NCBI GenBank assembly: GCA_045837725.1
Contig: JBEWZL010000195.1
Location: forward strand, 1 to 54,614
Length of the DNA stretch: 54,614 nt
Origin: Vermamoeba vermiformis
Lineage: Eukaryota
Direction: 5' to 3'
Below, piece after piece: positions 1-12,500 of this stretch. Under the pieces are notes generated by a model. That model was not told the DNA's origin. It did no database searches and was given only the letters and a program-made list of their open reading frames with translations. Every line of letters starts with the position of its first letter. Positions within the stretch are counted from its first letter, which is position 1. The translations under genes were made by a program, and so were the position numbers.

Positions 1-66
1 AACGCGATCTGGTCTGTCAAAAAAATATTGAAAATAATAGAAAAACTAATTCTTTCTAATTCTTAG

Positions 67-1161
67 TTCGAGCCATGGTGCAACCGTATCACCCCTGTTC
101 AGCTCGATACTGCCTACGACTTAATTTCCGAATTTATCTGCCTGAGATCCCGATCTGTTTCGCCTATTTTCAAAAAGAATCCACGCAAATACTTCAAGCA
201 CCTTGGATTCATCCATGACGCCATTGTGGAGCTCATTCCACTCGCTAGAAAGTTCAAGCATCTCTCTTGCCTCCAAATAGCACTCAACTTTGCTCGATCC
301 AGATTTCTTCGAAAACGCAAGTACAGATGTCAGACCGATCTGGATTGCTGGAGGCCAATCGAGTTTGAAGAACCGAAGCCTCATATTACCTTCACCGATC
401 CTAACATAGACCCGAAGCCTCTGCAAACACACGTGTACAATTGCGCCAATTTTGCTACTTTGTCAGCTAACATTGACAAGCTCAGCAAAGTAGCTCAAAA
501 AGAGAAGAGACGGTTGCTCTTTCATGGCACGACTTGGACTAAAGCCGCGTCTGTTGCTAAAGGCATCAACATCGACTGTGCCTTGCCTCACTCGGAGTTT
601 TCAGTTAGCAGTGCGTTCTACCTGACCGACGATTGGCATCAAGCGCACTTGCACGCAATGTCTAAGACTACCATATATGGTTATGACGACCCTGCAGTAG
701 TTCTTTACGCCGTGCCTGAAGCCTACTTTGACAACCGAGAAGCGCAGGTGAAATTGCAAGAAGATCCGCAGCTGTGGCAAACTGTCGTGCAGCGCTGTCG
801 CAATCCGACTGACACTCAATGGAAGGACCAATGGGAGGAGTTCGCCAATGATTACGAATCACTGGAAGGTCCTGTCCCCGCACCTGAGGATACCGATCCA
901 GATGCCGATCCGAAACCGAAGAGAAACTCGTGGCAACTGGCAATTATTAGCGACAGAGGTGCTGCGCGATTGGACAAAACCTTAACGGGCATTGTAGTTT
1001 GGGGAGACTGTCCTGTTGTTGTTTCAAAGCCGACGATGGCTCCACATTTGGCTCCACCTGTCGTTCATGAACCAAAGAATCACGTGCCGGAAGTCATTGA
1101 CGTTGACATGAACGAACAAGCTTCACCAATCACAACGCCGAAGAAGATTGCCGTGCAGTAA
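67..1161 (+). CDS. 3' exon of a gene starting left of the window; ADP-ribosyltransferase-fold (DUF3990-like) domain protein
   Basis: Acceptor ttctaattcttAG at 66, then an open frame 67-1161. Motifs LLFHGTT, EFSVSSAFYLTDDWHQA, DYESLEGPV and WQLAIIS follow the HGT / FYLT..QA / D.I.GP / Q...S pattern of DUF3990-like ART folds. Confidence 0.6.
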   Translation, partial: FEPWCNRITPVQLDTAYDLISEFICLRSRSVSPIFKKNPRKYFKHLGFIHDAIVELIPLARKFKHLSCLQIALNFARSRFLRKRKYRCQTDLDCWRPIEFEEPKPHITFTDPNIDPKPLQTHVYNCANFATLSANIDKLSKVAQKEKRRLLFHGTTWTKAASVAKGINIDCALPHSEFSVSSAFYLTDDWHQAHLHAMSKTTIYGYDDPAVVLYAVPEAYFDNREAQVKLQEDPQLWQTVVQRCRNPTDTQWKDQWEEFANDYESLEGPVPAPEDTDPDADPKPKRNSWQLAIISDRGAARLDKTLTGIVVWGDCPVVVSKPTMAPHLAPPVVHEPKNHVPEVIDVDMNEQASPITTPKKIAVQ

Positions 1162-1544
1162 TAGAACAGTCGCAATTCTGTGCAAGTCAACGAGTCATGT
1201 TCACTTCAGGCAAGCTTGTTTCAACTATACTAATATATTTTTGTAATCGTTAGCAAATTAAAAAGGTTTTCTTCGATATGAGCGTTCAGTGGCACTCTGC
1301 TCGTTGTCCAACCTTAACTTCGGAATTCACAAAAAATCTTAATGCATTAAGTTTCGTGAGGTTTTTGAGGTTTCTTATTCATGACCACTTAAGGTACGTT
1401 ATAGTCGTTGTTTTTTTAGCGGAAGTTGCTCGACATAAGGTCACATTTAAGCATACTGTTGACAACTGTCAACTTCGGACAAATTTAACTGCTTGATTCG
1501 GTTTTCAGTCAGTTGACATTTTGTTTGTTGTTCGATATGACAAG

Positions 1545-4133
1545 ATGCAGCAGTCTTTACACGTTAGATTTATATTTCAACTGTCGATCCCTTTGCACGG
1601 AGATTTCCAAGGAGCTTACTCATTCAACATCGCTTCAGATGGCATTGGTATTATCGTCAAGAACCAAAACTCGTCGGTTGAATGGTATTATCAAGTTCAA
1701 CTCTTATCTTGCGATGGAGACACGGAGCTGGATGCCACAAAAGGTCTTACTTGGCCAAAACGAAACCTTTACGTTTTACAGACCAAAGAAAATACACAAA
1801 TAGAAGGATTAGTGCTTAGATTGAAGATCGTCCATGGCACGTTTGATTTTAGAAAAGTGAAAAGGCGAGCGATCAGATTTAACGTAAACTGCTTCCAGGC
1901 AGGCGCATTTATTGGCCGATTTGTCAATTGCTTCCAAAGAAAAGAACAGCTGGCGATTCAGACGTCAATGGAGAAGGTAATTTTTAAACTACGAAATAAT
2001 TATTTCTGGACACTCAGCTCGGTGCATATCTTTTATTCGTCTCAAAGTTTCTCTTAGCCAATTACTTCTTTCTATTTTTATGTTTGAAATGTTTATTTTA
2101 CTTGATTTCGCATGGATCAGATCGAGGAATCTAAAACCATTCTCCGACAGTGCTTGTACCTATCATATGGTCTCAAAACAATGAAACGCAACAAGAACTG
2201 CCTCTTCTTCAGCCATTGCCACTCAAAAGCGAACAAACAGACGAGTTTCCTTCGAGCGACGAAGAACGACCAAAGAAACGACAACGACTTGATCCACCTG
2301 GCCAACAATCACTCCTATCAGAAGATAGTGCCTCACCTCATGAAATACATAAAACTCTTATCGAGAACTACGATGTGGGTATGGTCTACGAGTCACCAGT
2401 CGAGGAATCAGCCGATGCCGAACTATCACCTTACTACGCCCACCAAGAGAATACAGAGCTCATTTCAAATATGTAAGCACAATAACAATGCTTAGATAGG
2501 CGCCTACTAACATTTTGTGATAGTAACTTGATGAATTATAGCGATGAGACATCGCCACATGACTTGCTAATGGCACGTGAACACAGTGAGCAATACATGG
2601 TACTCTACAACGGCAATGCTGAAGTCGTGGGCAACTTCAGAGCACTCAACTTCTACAAGGCATCTGATATCAATATCAAAGAAGACATTAGATTGCTCGT
2701 TGAAGGTACGTGTGACGCGATCTGTGTGGATCCACTTTAAATTTTCTAATCCGTTGCGTGTGACAGATCGCGACCCACGCAACGTTATTCTGAAGATTGA
2801 TGGCGTCGAATACAAGTTCAAAGACAATGTTCAGCACTCAACAAACAAACGATTCGTTGGTTACATTGCACAACAAATCGAAAGTGTTGTTCCTGAAGCA
2901 GTTCAGTTGATCGATGGCATTCTTCATGTGGACTACGAGTCATTGATACCATATCTCAGTGAATCGATCAAACAGAACTTTAGTGACATCAAAGGACTCA
3001 AGTCAGAATCAGAACAGATCCGCAAGTTGTTGGACTCGTTGTACGCAGAGTTCATTTCAAAACAACCGAACAAAGGCGAGAAATCAAAGAAGACAACAAG
3101 CACTGTACGAACACAAAGTCGAAGACGTGTGTGGCTGATCCCTGCGATCCTCGTACCATTGGTCTTTGTGCTCGGAGCAGCAGTTGGTATCTTCTTTATG
3201 GTCAATGCTCACGGCCTCACGCCATACACTCCACCAGGTCACATAACGCCACTTACCAATGTTAGCGAGCCTCTTCCTAACACCCCTGATAACCTGCCAC
3301 CTTCAAACCCTGACAGAGACGTGTTGATGAAGTTGTTCGTGGCATTGAACGGCACTAATTGGTTGCGCAAAGATGGATGGGGCAATGCATCTTCTGTGTG
3401 CACATGGAAAGGCATTACTTGTTCAAAAGACCGTGTTACAGGAATACACTTAGCGAACAACAATCTGGTCGGAACTTTGCCTGAAGAACTTGGACAGTTG
3501 GAAATCATGACCCTCGATCTCGCTGATAACGATTTGCAAGGCTCAATTCCGGAGTCTGTTTGGTCTTTGGGATCGTTAGATGAGGTTGTAGTGAGCAACA
3601 ATAAGAACCTCACCGGCACTCTCCCTTCGACATTCCGTGGTGAAACGCTCGAGTTGGCCGGCTGCAACTTTCAAGGCACAATTCCCCCGAATTTCTTCAC
3701 TGGACGATTGTATTCGGTCAACATTTCGTCAAACGCACTCGTCGGAACGATCCCTGAAATTCCGTTTAGCCGTAAAATTCCAGGCTACTTGGATCTGTCG
3801 CACAACAGATTGACAGGAAGTATTCCGTCGCTGTTCGTCCTTGGCAATCTCTTCTTATCGTACAATCAACTCTCGGGCAATTTGTCTGCGCTTTTTTTGA
3901 GCCATGTGACAATGAATGGACTGGATTTGAGCCACAACAATCTGGAAGGAGATTTTTACTTGCCTGTAGACACCCCGATGTACAGCATACTCGATGTATC
4001 ATACAACAAGTTCAGCTCCTGCACATACAAATTGTATGCCAGCGCAGTGAACTATTGCGATGCCTCGCACAACGAGTTCAAATGTCCAATCCCGAAATGG
4101 TTGAAGAATGAATGTCGCGCCACATGCAACTGA
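1545..4133 (+). CDS. MYRF/MrfA-like membrane-tethered protein: N-terminal beta-rich domain, NLS-rich linker, peptidase S74/ICA autocleavage domain, coiled coil, TM, LRR ectodomain; probable frameshift near 1917
   Basis: Exons approx. 1545-1976, 2151-2472, 2524-2705, 2767-4133. Splice phases of the last two introns are consistent. Spliced GNAEVVGNFRALNFYKA-SDINIKEDI...GYIAQQIESVVPEAV...VDYESLIPYL is an ICA domain with Ser and Lys(+5). TM is VWLIPAILVPLVFVLGAAVGIFFMV. LRR N-cap (W...VCTWKGITC) is followed by LxxNxLxGxIP repeats. The link to exon 1 is less certain. Confidence 0.75.
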
Positions 4134-4303
4134 CCATGAAATGTAATTACAATGTAAATACTTCGTTTAAACAAACACTTTGCTAAGCTTACTGGAGAGC
4201 TTTCTTCATTTAAGTAACCTTTCTTAGATCTAATTTGTACTACCCCTTATCAGTAAATTAACACCTTGTTAATTGCTAATGTACATTTTATTTTCGATTT
4301 TTG

Positions 4304-7300
4304 TTACTGAGCTGCAGCATTGTTCGACGGAACCAAGTGCCACAATCGAATGTCAGTACCACATGACGCCATAATATAATCAGTACTAAATAATACATCG
4401 TTAGTTTATCGCCAACATAATGATTTATTCTTATTATTACCTCTTGGCGCCCAGATCGTGCACCATCAATGTCGAGTGCAACATGTTTAAGTCCAAGTGA
4501 TGCAAATTCAGATCCAAATCTACGCCTAATTGCTTGAAAGTAACTTCTGTGTGGCACTTCTCGCTGTTGTAACCCCATACGCGCAATGCAGTGAAATCAC
4601 TAGACAGATCCGGTTAGCAATAGGGTTCGGATGAGGTGTCAAAAGAAAAACTTACCTAGCCGTATGGCTTAATGTCATAACATTGGCGAGGGCATCAAAT
4701 TTGAGCGCAACAATTCGTTCCTTATTGACGGGGTTGTTATCTAACGAAACCATTAGAACGTGAACTGGCTACTTTCCAAATATGGTAATCGTACCAATAT
4801 ACAAGCCAGGCCATTCAACACCCGCACCTCGAATGTTCCACTCGCGTATGACACCGTCCTTGGAGGCAGATATGATCACGTGACCGATGGAGTCGAAGCA
4901 CGTGATCTCATCTTGGTGTCCTTCAAGTGTTGCCGTGCATTGGTTGGTGCGCGAGTCCCACAACTTGAGCACGTGATCGAGACCTGCACTGATCACCACA
5001 TTCTCCGTCACTTTAACGCTCGATACACCTCGTCGATGTCCCTATTTATACGGATTAACACGGCTCTTATATTACTAGTAACTCGAGCACATACCTTCAA
5101 AGTGCCGACAGCAGTGCCGCGCTCAATGTCCCAGATCTTCACGTTGCCGTCCAATGACCCGCTGATCACGTGATTGCTGAGTTCAGTGTCCGTAGCAAAT
5201 GGTGCGCATAAACTCGTGACAGTGTGCTCGTGGCCTTCAAACACTCTGCTGCACTTGCGCGATCTACCTTCCAAATCCCACACGCGAATGGTCTTGTCAG
5301 CAGAGCCCGAGAAGAGCATTCTCTCGCCAGGCATGAGTGCCAAACACTGCACGGAGCCCGTGTGACCTTTGAACGAGTGACTCACTGGCTTTGTAGCGCG
5401 TTTGCTGTTGCGCAAGTTGCCTAACTCCCATACTTTGATCTTCTTGTCCTCGGAGCCTGAAATCAACTTCTTCCCTTTCTGCGCGAGAAAATAAAGTTGA
5501 GTAATGATTTCAATAGAAAATTCGTTTTTGTGTTCCCGGATTTACCTGATGCAACAAGACGCAGTGTGTTTGCTTATTGTGGCCTTTGAATGACATAGCT
5601 TGTTTTAAATCTGATTGAATCCACTTGCGATCATATTCTAACAAGCCTCTGTAGAATTTTTTCCAGCGACCTAACGAGATTTAGAATCCGGATCAAAAAA
5701 CGCCTCTAGAGCTTACCCTTTTCGACAGCATCATTATCAAGCTGCTCTAATTCGATAGTAGTCATCATAGTAGTGCCGCTTAGCTTCATTTGGAACTTTT
5801 CCAGCGAATCTTTTTCGACGAGTTTCGGATCCTCCGAGTGCCGCAGTTTTTTCAACTTGTTCCACCTTGATAAGCATACTTTTCGCCAAAGATAATTATC
5901 CTGGCCAACAGCATGCCAGTGCGCACAAGTCTTCAAACAATGAACAATATCCTTAATGTCCAAGAAGCTACAGACAACTATTAACACGAGCCCCAACCAT
6001 ATTTAAAACTCGCAAGATCTTACCTGAATATATGCAAAGCGACTTCTCGAGGCAATAGCGATGGTTCAACTGAGGTGCGTAATGCAGAAGGTAAGGAAGC
6101 AGCAGGAACTGGCGCAGCTACGATAGTTTGAGACAGCCACGGATGTTTCAATAAAGTGCTTGCTGTCGGACGGTCCTTCGGGTTTCTATGACAATAATGA
6201 GCAATTAAATATCGCTAATAAATTCATAACATACCTAGTAAGGCATAATCTAATGAAGTCTTTGAGCTCCGCCGAACCATCCGGGATCGCAGGCACGCGA
6301 TCAGTGTGAGTGAGAGCATAAACAAACCCATAGAAATCCGTGAACTCAAGCGACCACGGGATAACACCGGTCACCATCTCTAAGACAGTGCAGCCGAACG
6401 ACCAAATATCAGCTGGCGTCGAGTAACCATCCGGGCCGAATACCTCCTGCAGGACAAGTTTAGCAAGCATAAAAAAAACTAATAATGAATTAACTAGGGA
6501 ACCCGAGTCGCGAAAAGCAAAAAGTAAAGAGAAGAGCACAACACCTCCGATTCCCAGGTAGTCTCCTACCCCAGTACTAAGAAGGCCTGAACAAGCTTAA
6601 CTTCGCTGATCGGACGGGAAGCGGTGCATTCTTGTTAGTGTGGTCGTGCCCGAGACGCTTTGCAACTGCGTGTTCGGGTCACCACTTACTAGCAAGAGCA
6701 CGAACAATTAATTGGTAACCCCGTGTGTGCTTCGAATTTACAGCCCACGTAACACATCAAAAAAATTGGAAGTAAAAACTTACCGGAGCCATGAAGTAGG
6801 GCGTGCCCGACATAGATTTCGCCAAGTTATCACGTGACACGACGTTTTGCAACGTCTTTGAAGCGCCAAAATCAGCGACCTTGACGACACCTTTCGTGTT
6901 GACCAAGATATTCGCGCCTTTGATATCGCGGTGAATGATCTTGTTGCTGTGCAGGTAGTCTAGTCCCATCAATATTTGGCGTGCATAGACACGTGTCAAC
7001 TGCTCGCCGAGACCACCGCCGTACTTGGCAATGATGCTGCTGATGGATCCACCTTCTACCAGTCTGTCAAAGGAGTTAGTAAGGTGCGCCTATATATTTC
7101 ACTATGGAGCCTATACATACTCTAAAAAGACGTAAATTTTGTTCTTTTCAGTCTGCGAGCCCAAGAACTTGACAATGTTCGGATGTTGCAAACTCTTCAG
7201 CAACTCTTCTTCTTGTTTGAATGATTTATATTGCTAGTCGTCGTAAAGTCAATATCGTGCAATCGAATAGTTCGGTAAAGCGGATCTTACCATTTCAGTT

Positions 7301-9313
7301 TTTGGATCGATGTAATCAGGCAGATCTAGCTCTTTTACGGCAATGAACTCGCCGTTATCGAGTAATCCTTTGTAAACACGACCGAACGCACCCTATTATT
7401 TACTTAGCTCACTGACTGAAAGCGCGAAGCAGATCTAGTGCTAACTTACGCTGCCAATGAGTTCTCCTTTACGCCAATGAAACGCTTCTTGCAGCAACGG
7501 CATATCACTTACAGGGGTAGGTGGTGCTGAGCCAGTCATAGGACTCGCTGGCTCGGTCGATTGTGAGGCCGTGGATCCGTTACTGCTCACCGAACTGATC
7601 AGGTTTTTGGGCGTCAAAGGACCGTTGTCGAGTGCTGGATTGGGCATAAACACGTTTTTGAAGTTGTCGTTGACGGGCACCTTATTCTCACCGCCAGAAT
7701 TCTTCGCGTTGAAATTTTCCACTTGTTTTTTCACCTCGCCATTGTTCGCATCCACAATAGGCGTGGTCAATTTTTCACGCTCTGATTCGCTAATTTTCTT
7801 CATGACATCGCTGGCGCCGTATGCGTCTTCACCTTCAGTTTTACGGCGGACTTTTTCGTACGGAATTTTGCCTGGTGACTCCGTGCCATGAGGCGTACGA
7901 GGCTTGCGTGGTTTTCGTTTGTGTTCTGAGCCGGGTCTAGGCTTCTCCCTGGAACGACCTGATTCGGGTTTCTCTCGTTCACCTCTAGTTCCTTTTCGTG
8001 GCTTTCGCGGCTTCTCTTTTTGACTGTCGTTGAAAGTGAAGCTTGGAATGGGATCCACATCCAGCTGTCCTGGTTGCAGATCGCGCCGTGGTGTAGGAGG
8101 AGGGGTCTTCTCGGGTCCACTAACGTCTACACTACCAGGAAGGTCTTCGAATGGTGAGTGCGGACGAGGTTCTTGAGGCGTGCGATCCACTCGTTCTTCA
8201 GGGTTGAAAATGATCGTGTTATTGAAAGTCGTATTAATCTTTGGTGGTGCTCGACCCTACTCGGCAAGTCAGAATAAAATTGATAAAATTCAATAGGATC
8301 AAACACGTACTAAGAACTTTGGCGGTTGCTTAACTGCAGAGGATCCGTTCTCCACATGAGTTTTATCCAACCAATTTACTTCTGGATCTGGTGTATGCGG
8401 ATTACTTTCTGGCTCATCGCTCGAGTCACTGAATAAATATAATTAGCATTTACTCGAATTTGAGGGTAAGATCGGGTGATCTGAAAAACTGTCACATGGT
8501 GATTCATTGTAAATTAATATTATCGCAATACTTTAATCTGATATATTAGTGAATATGCCACTTACTCCATTGAGACAGATAAGACTCTTTCATTTTCAAA
8601 TGAAGATCCACCAGCAAACGTTCTAAAAATGTAACATGAGTCCTGTATTACATATCGCTTGTAAAATTATATTGATGTGATGTATGCAATATTTGCTTAA
8701 AATATAATTGAACTTGTTTCCTGATTTAATTTTCGTTTCATTCAGGCACGAGATCCATCCGACCTGCCACTTTTCAAAATTGCGCCAAAAATAGGAAAAT
8801 CGAATATGATATAATATGCATTAAAAATTACAAATCCGATTAATGCTCCAAATTAATTTAAGCGAAGTGTAACGGCTAAATTGCTAAATGATCGAAATCC
8901 GCTTACTTTCTAACTGCACTGAACACTGGGCTTTTAGGCTCGATTAATTTTTGAGGCTCTCGAACAAATAATCGCAAAAACTGCTTCGCTGGAATATCTT
9001 CCAATAGCTCTGCTAAATCTAATTTTCTGCCCTCGGGTACAGTAATTGGTGTATTCTCTGAGTCTAAATATTTGTACACGACCAATGGCTGTCCATATTC
9101 TTCTGCTATTGATTGCTGTAATTGCTCGTAACTCGCATCTCGAGGTAATTTCATCACACGATTATCCTCGTTCGGGGCCAGTCCGAATGTGCATTTTATT
9201 CGAGCCTATGATAGAGTAATTAGAAATAATAATATGCAATTAATAATATATTTTTTGAGCGAAGTTTAATTGTTCCAGTCGGATTTCAATCGACTTACGA
9301 AATCAACGGACAT
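4304..9313 (-). CDS. mkkA: MAP3K (STE11/MEKK) with PB1, kinase, F-box and WD40 repeats; Dictyostelium MEKKalpha-like
   Basis: ATG 9313 [13 protein letters not shown] (PB1). Kinase motifs [44 protein letters not shown]-box [15 protein letters not shown]. Multiple GH...WD repeats. Stop TAA at 4306-4304. The domain order matches Dictyostelium MkkA. Confidence 0.88.
6513..6528 (-). terminator. Pol III oligo-T terminator of the 5S gene
   Basis: TTTACTTTTTGCTTTT on the minus strand just 3' of the 5S end. Confidence 0.7.
6533..6651 (-). rRNA. 5S rRNA gene nested in an intron (6447-6783) of the MAP3K gene
   Basis: Minus strand reads GGGCACGACCACACTAACAAGAATGCACCGCTTCCCGTCCGATCAGCGAAGTTAAGCTTGTTCAGGCCTTCTTAGTACTGGGGTAGGAGACTACCTGGGAATCGGAGGTGTTGTGCTCT (about 119 nt). 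It has the conserved CCCGTCCGATC, GAAGTTAAGC, TTAGTACT and CCTGGGAA blocks. Helices pair: GGGCAC/GTGCTC, AACAAG/CTTGTT, GCCTTC/GGAGGT. Confidence 0.96.
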
Positions 9314-9522
9314 TTACGCAGCCCCAATATTCTATATTAACCACTACGTATTGATTAATTTGCCGACCACTAAATATACAATATATTCATATTAATATGA
9401 ATATTTGTTGCCGCCTGAAGCGTGATTATTGAAAATTACACGTCCCCCAAAAAAATTCTTTCTGTGCGAAATTTTTATTGAATAACAACAGCTGGAGGTA
9501 ATATTATCAGTAGTATAATAAT
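9314..9522. promoter_or_regulatory. Compact bidirectional promoter region between the MAP3K and VPS10 genes
   Basis: Divergent ATGs at 9313 (-) and 9523 (+) are separated by only 209 bp of AT-rich sequence. Confidence 0.55.
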
Positions 9523-12500
9523 ATGTCCATTCGTGCCGTTGTTTTCTTTGCCTTAATTGTGGCGTTGTTGGCATCTGCTGATAAATTGCCCACAACTCAA
9601 TTTAGATGCGACAATGCTAATATTGTTAGCACTTTGGTATGTCCATATTAATATATATTATTACACGATTAATCAAACTATTTGAGCACTGGATTCATTT
9701 GTTTTTTTATTTTCCGTATTTTTTATTGCCTTACTTAAAATTCTTATTTACAGACTGTCCTTCCCAACTCAACTATTGACGATTGGAATATTAATTATGT
9801 TAGTCCTGATGGCCAAGTATGTCTTGAAAGATTTTCTTTGTGCATTCGTGACTGGATCTCGATCGAAGGTTCTATTTATAACTCATACGTGTCATTATTA
9901 TAGGTCGTATTTATCCGCACGCACGATGGCAATATTTGGCGTAGCGCTGATGAAGGTAAAACCTGGGAGCAGCAGACCGTGCCTTCGAAGATGCACAACG
10001 TTGGCAGCCACGGCGTAAGTATTACAGTATTATTTATTATATTATACAAATAATGCTATTAATCGAAGTCAAATTTACGATCAAGTCCCGCCTAGTTATA
10101 AGGCAAAGCGCTCTTTGATCTCAATAATTCAAGATAAAATTTCATTAATTGTCTTAATTATTATATTTGTATTCCGTTTCGTTTAATATTATTATAAATA
10201 CAATGTTAATGCATCGCCATTACCGAGGAAATTTCTAATGAATAATTTATTTGCCAGGTCCGAAACGTATTCACCACCCGTTCTGAACACGGTGTAAGTA
10301 CTTCATTATTTTCGTTGTTATATTATTATGCACGTACTTATAATAATATTAATAGAGCGCTAAGATGTACTTTGTTGGCGCTGCTGACAAAAATGGTCAG
10401 CTATGGACCACATCTGACTTTGGCAAGACGTACAATTATTACGAGAGCCCCGATGTGCCTTCAGGCATCAGAATGATTTACCCGCACCCACTCTTCCAAG
10501 GTTAGTACTATAGTCATATTAATATATTAATACTGGTGCTAACATATGGTGCGTAAAGATAAGGCTTTGGCTCGTCGTGAGCGCGATCTGTTCTTCACTT
10601 CCAACTTTGGCAAGACGTGGAATAAAATCCTCGACGGCATGACCTCGTACAATGTGCGCTGGACTCCTTTCCCTGACGAGCACCCTGACGTAAGTCTAGA
10701 TCTGAACAAAAAAGCAGCCTCTGCAACAATTTTTTATTTGCACTATTGAGGACAGCAATGCTGACATGATTTTTATGGTTTCCATCATTTTTTTCAACTA
10801 ACAGAGCAAATAATATTATGCAAACTACACGAGACTGAAATTCTTACGTCGGATCCAGATCCGAAAATATATACCGTTTATTTATGGGAGACTAGTAATT
10901 GATGCTTTTGTTTAATTTAGCGCATCTACGCCACCATTCGCAAATCAGATAGTGATCAGTGGTTGGTGTACTCAGACGACTTCTTCGCCAAGACCACGAT
11001 CGTCATGACTAAAGTGAGGACTTGGGGCACTGTTCCTCCCAACAAGATGTTCGTCGTTCGCGTAAGTCTTTGCACATATTCTTAGCGCCACGTGACAGCA
11101 GTAACTTTGACACGTGTCATTTAATTTTTAGATCGGCGAAGACGGTCAAGATGAGCTCATGATTAGCGATGACACCGCTGATTCGTTCAGAGCTGCAGCA
11201 TTCCCTCGTCGTGGCCGTGAAGAATACGAAGAAAACGTACGTGAAGACAATAATAGAGCATTAATACAACGATACTAACCTTGGAAATGATGATAGGGTT
11301 TCTTTGTCTACGATACCAGCGAAGATTCGTTGATGATTTACGTCAATCGTGGCAATACTTTTTGGTGGGGTGACGTGTACAAGAGCAACTCTTACGACAC
11401 TGATTTTGTGCTGTCACTTGAGAATCACAGGTACGCGCGCACTTCGATCAACTTTTGACACGTGTCATAACGCGATTTATATATGATATATATTGCGTTA
11501 GTATCTAGTTGCCAAGTACTAACTGTGATATTGTTCTGAAGATTCCCTGACTTCACTCGTTACCACGGTCTCGATGGCATTTACCTCGCCAACGTGTACA
11601 ACACAACTAACCCCATGGGTCCTTCTTACACCGATGACGTCATCACTCAAATCACTTTCAACAAGGGTACGAGCCCATCAATAGTGAAGTGGTGACGAGT
11701 ATTAATTATGATTTATGAAGGTGGTGTCTGGTCCTCGATTGCTGCCCCCGAAAAAGATGCTGACGGCAATCCTACTAACTGCAAGCTCGACAAGGGCTGC
11801 TCGTTGCATTTGCACGGCTTTTCAACCTCCGCTTTCACGTGGTTCTACTCCGTTCCTAACGCTATTGGTCTCATGATGGCCACTGGTAACTTGGGCGATG
11901 AATTGCTTGACAGACCCGATCAAGTACGCGCGATAATGTTGTGTTCAAGAGCACGTTTGTTAATCATTGCTGTTACTTTTATAGGTCAACACTTACTTCA
12001 GTCGTGACGGAGGTGTTTCGTGGCGTGAAGTTCACAAGGGCTCGTTTGTCCCTGAGTTCGGTGACCACGGTGGCATCATCGTGATGGCTGACGCCTTGCA
12101 CAAGTCCAGCGAGTTCTTGTAAGTCACGAGAAGAAGTTATTGTGACACGGATGAAGCCTAATTATTGCTCGCAGGTTCACTGTTGACGAAGGCAAATCAT
12201 TCCATTCGTGCAAATTCACCGACTCAGCCGTTGAAGTGACCAACATTCGTATTGCTCCCAAGGGCAACTCGCAAAAATTCATTTTGTACGGTGAACTTAA
12301 CGGCGTTGCTGTATTGGCCCAATTGGATTTCAGCAGCTACTTTGGCCGTATTTGTATGTAGCCCGGGACCTACTTTCCAACTTTATCAAGGCTGACCTTA
12401 TTTCCTTATTTAGGCAGTGAAGCTGACTACGAAGAATGGTCACCGACCGATTTGCACGGTAACTGTGTTTTGGGTGAGAAGAACTTCTATCGTCGCAGAA

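Noticed and set aside
2112-2495. 127-aa ORF as the N-terminus of the LRR gene
   Set aside because: The splice phase at 2472/2524 fits only the overlapping 2150 frame, which also has linker-like composition.
4288-4578. 96-aa minus ORF as a separate gene
   Set aside because: It is the wrong frame of the last WD40 exons of the MAP3K; the spliced frame reads [11 protein letters not shown]...IRLWHLV.
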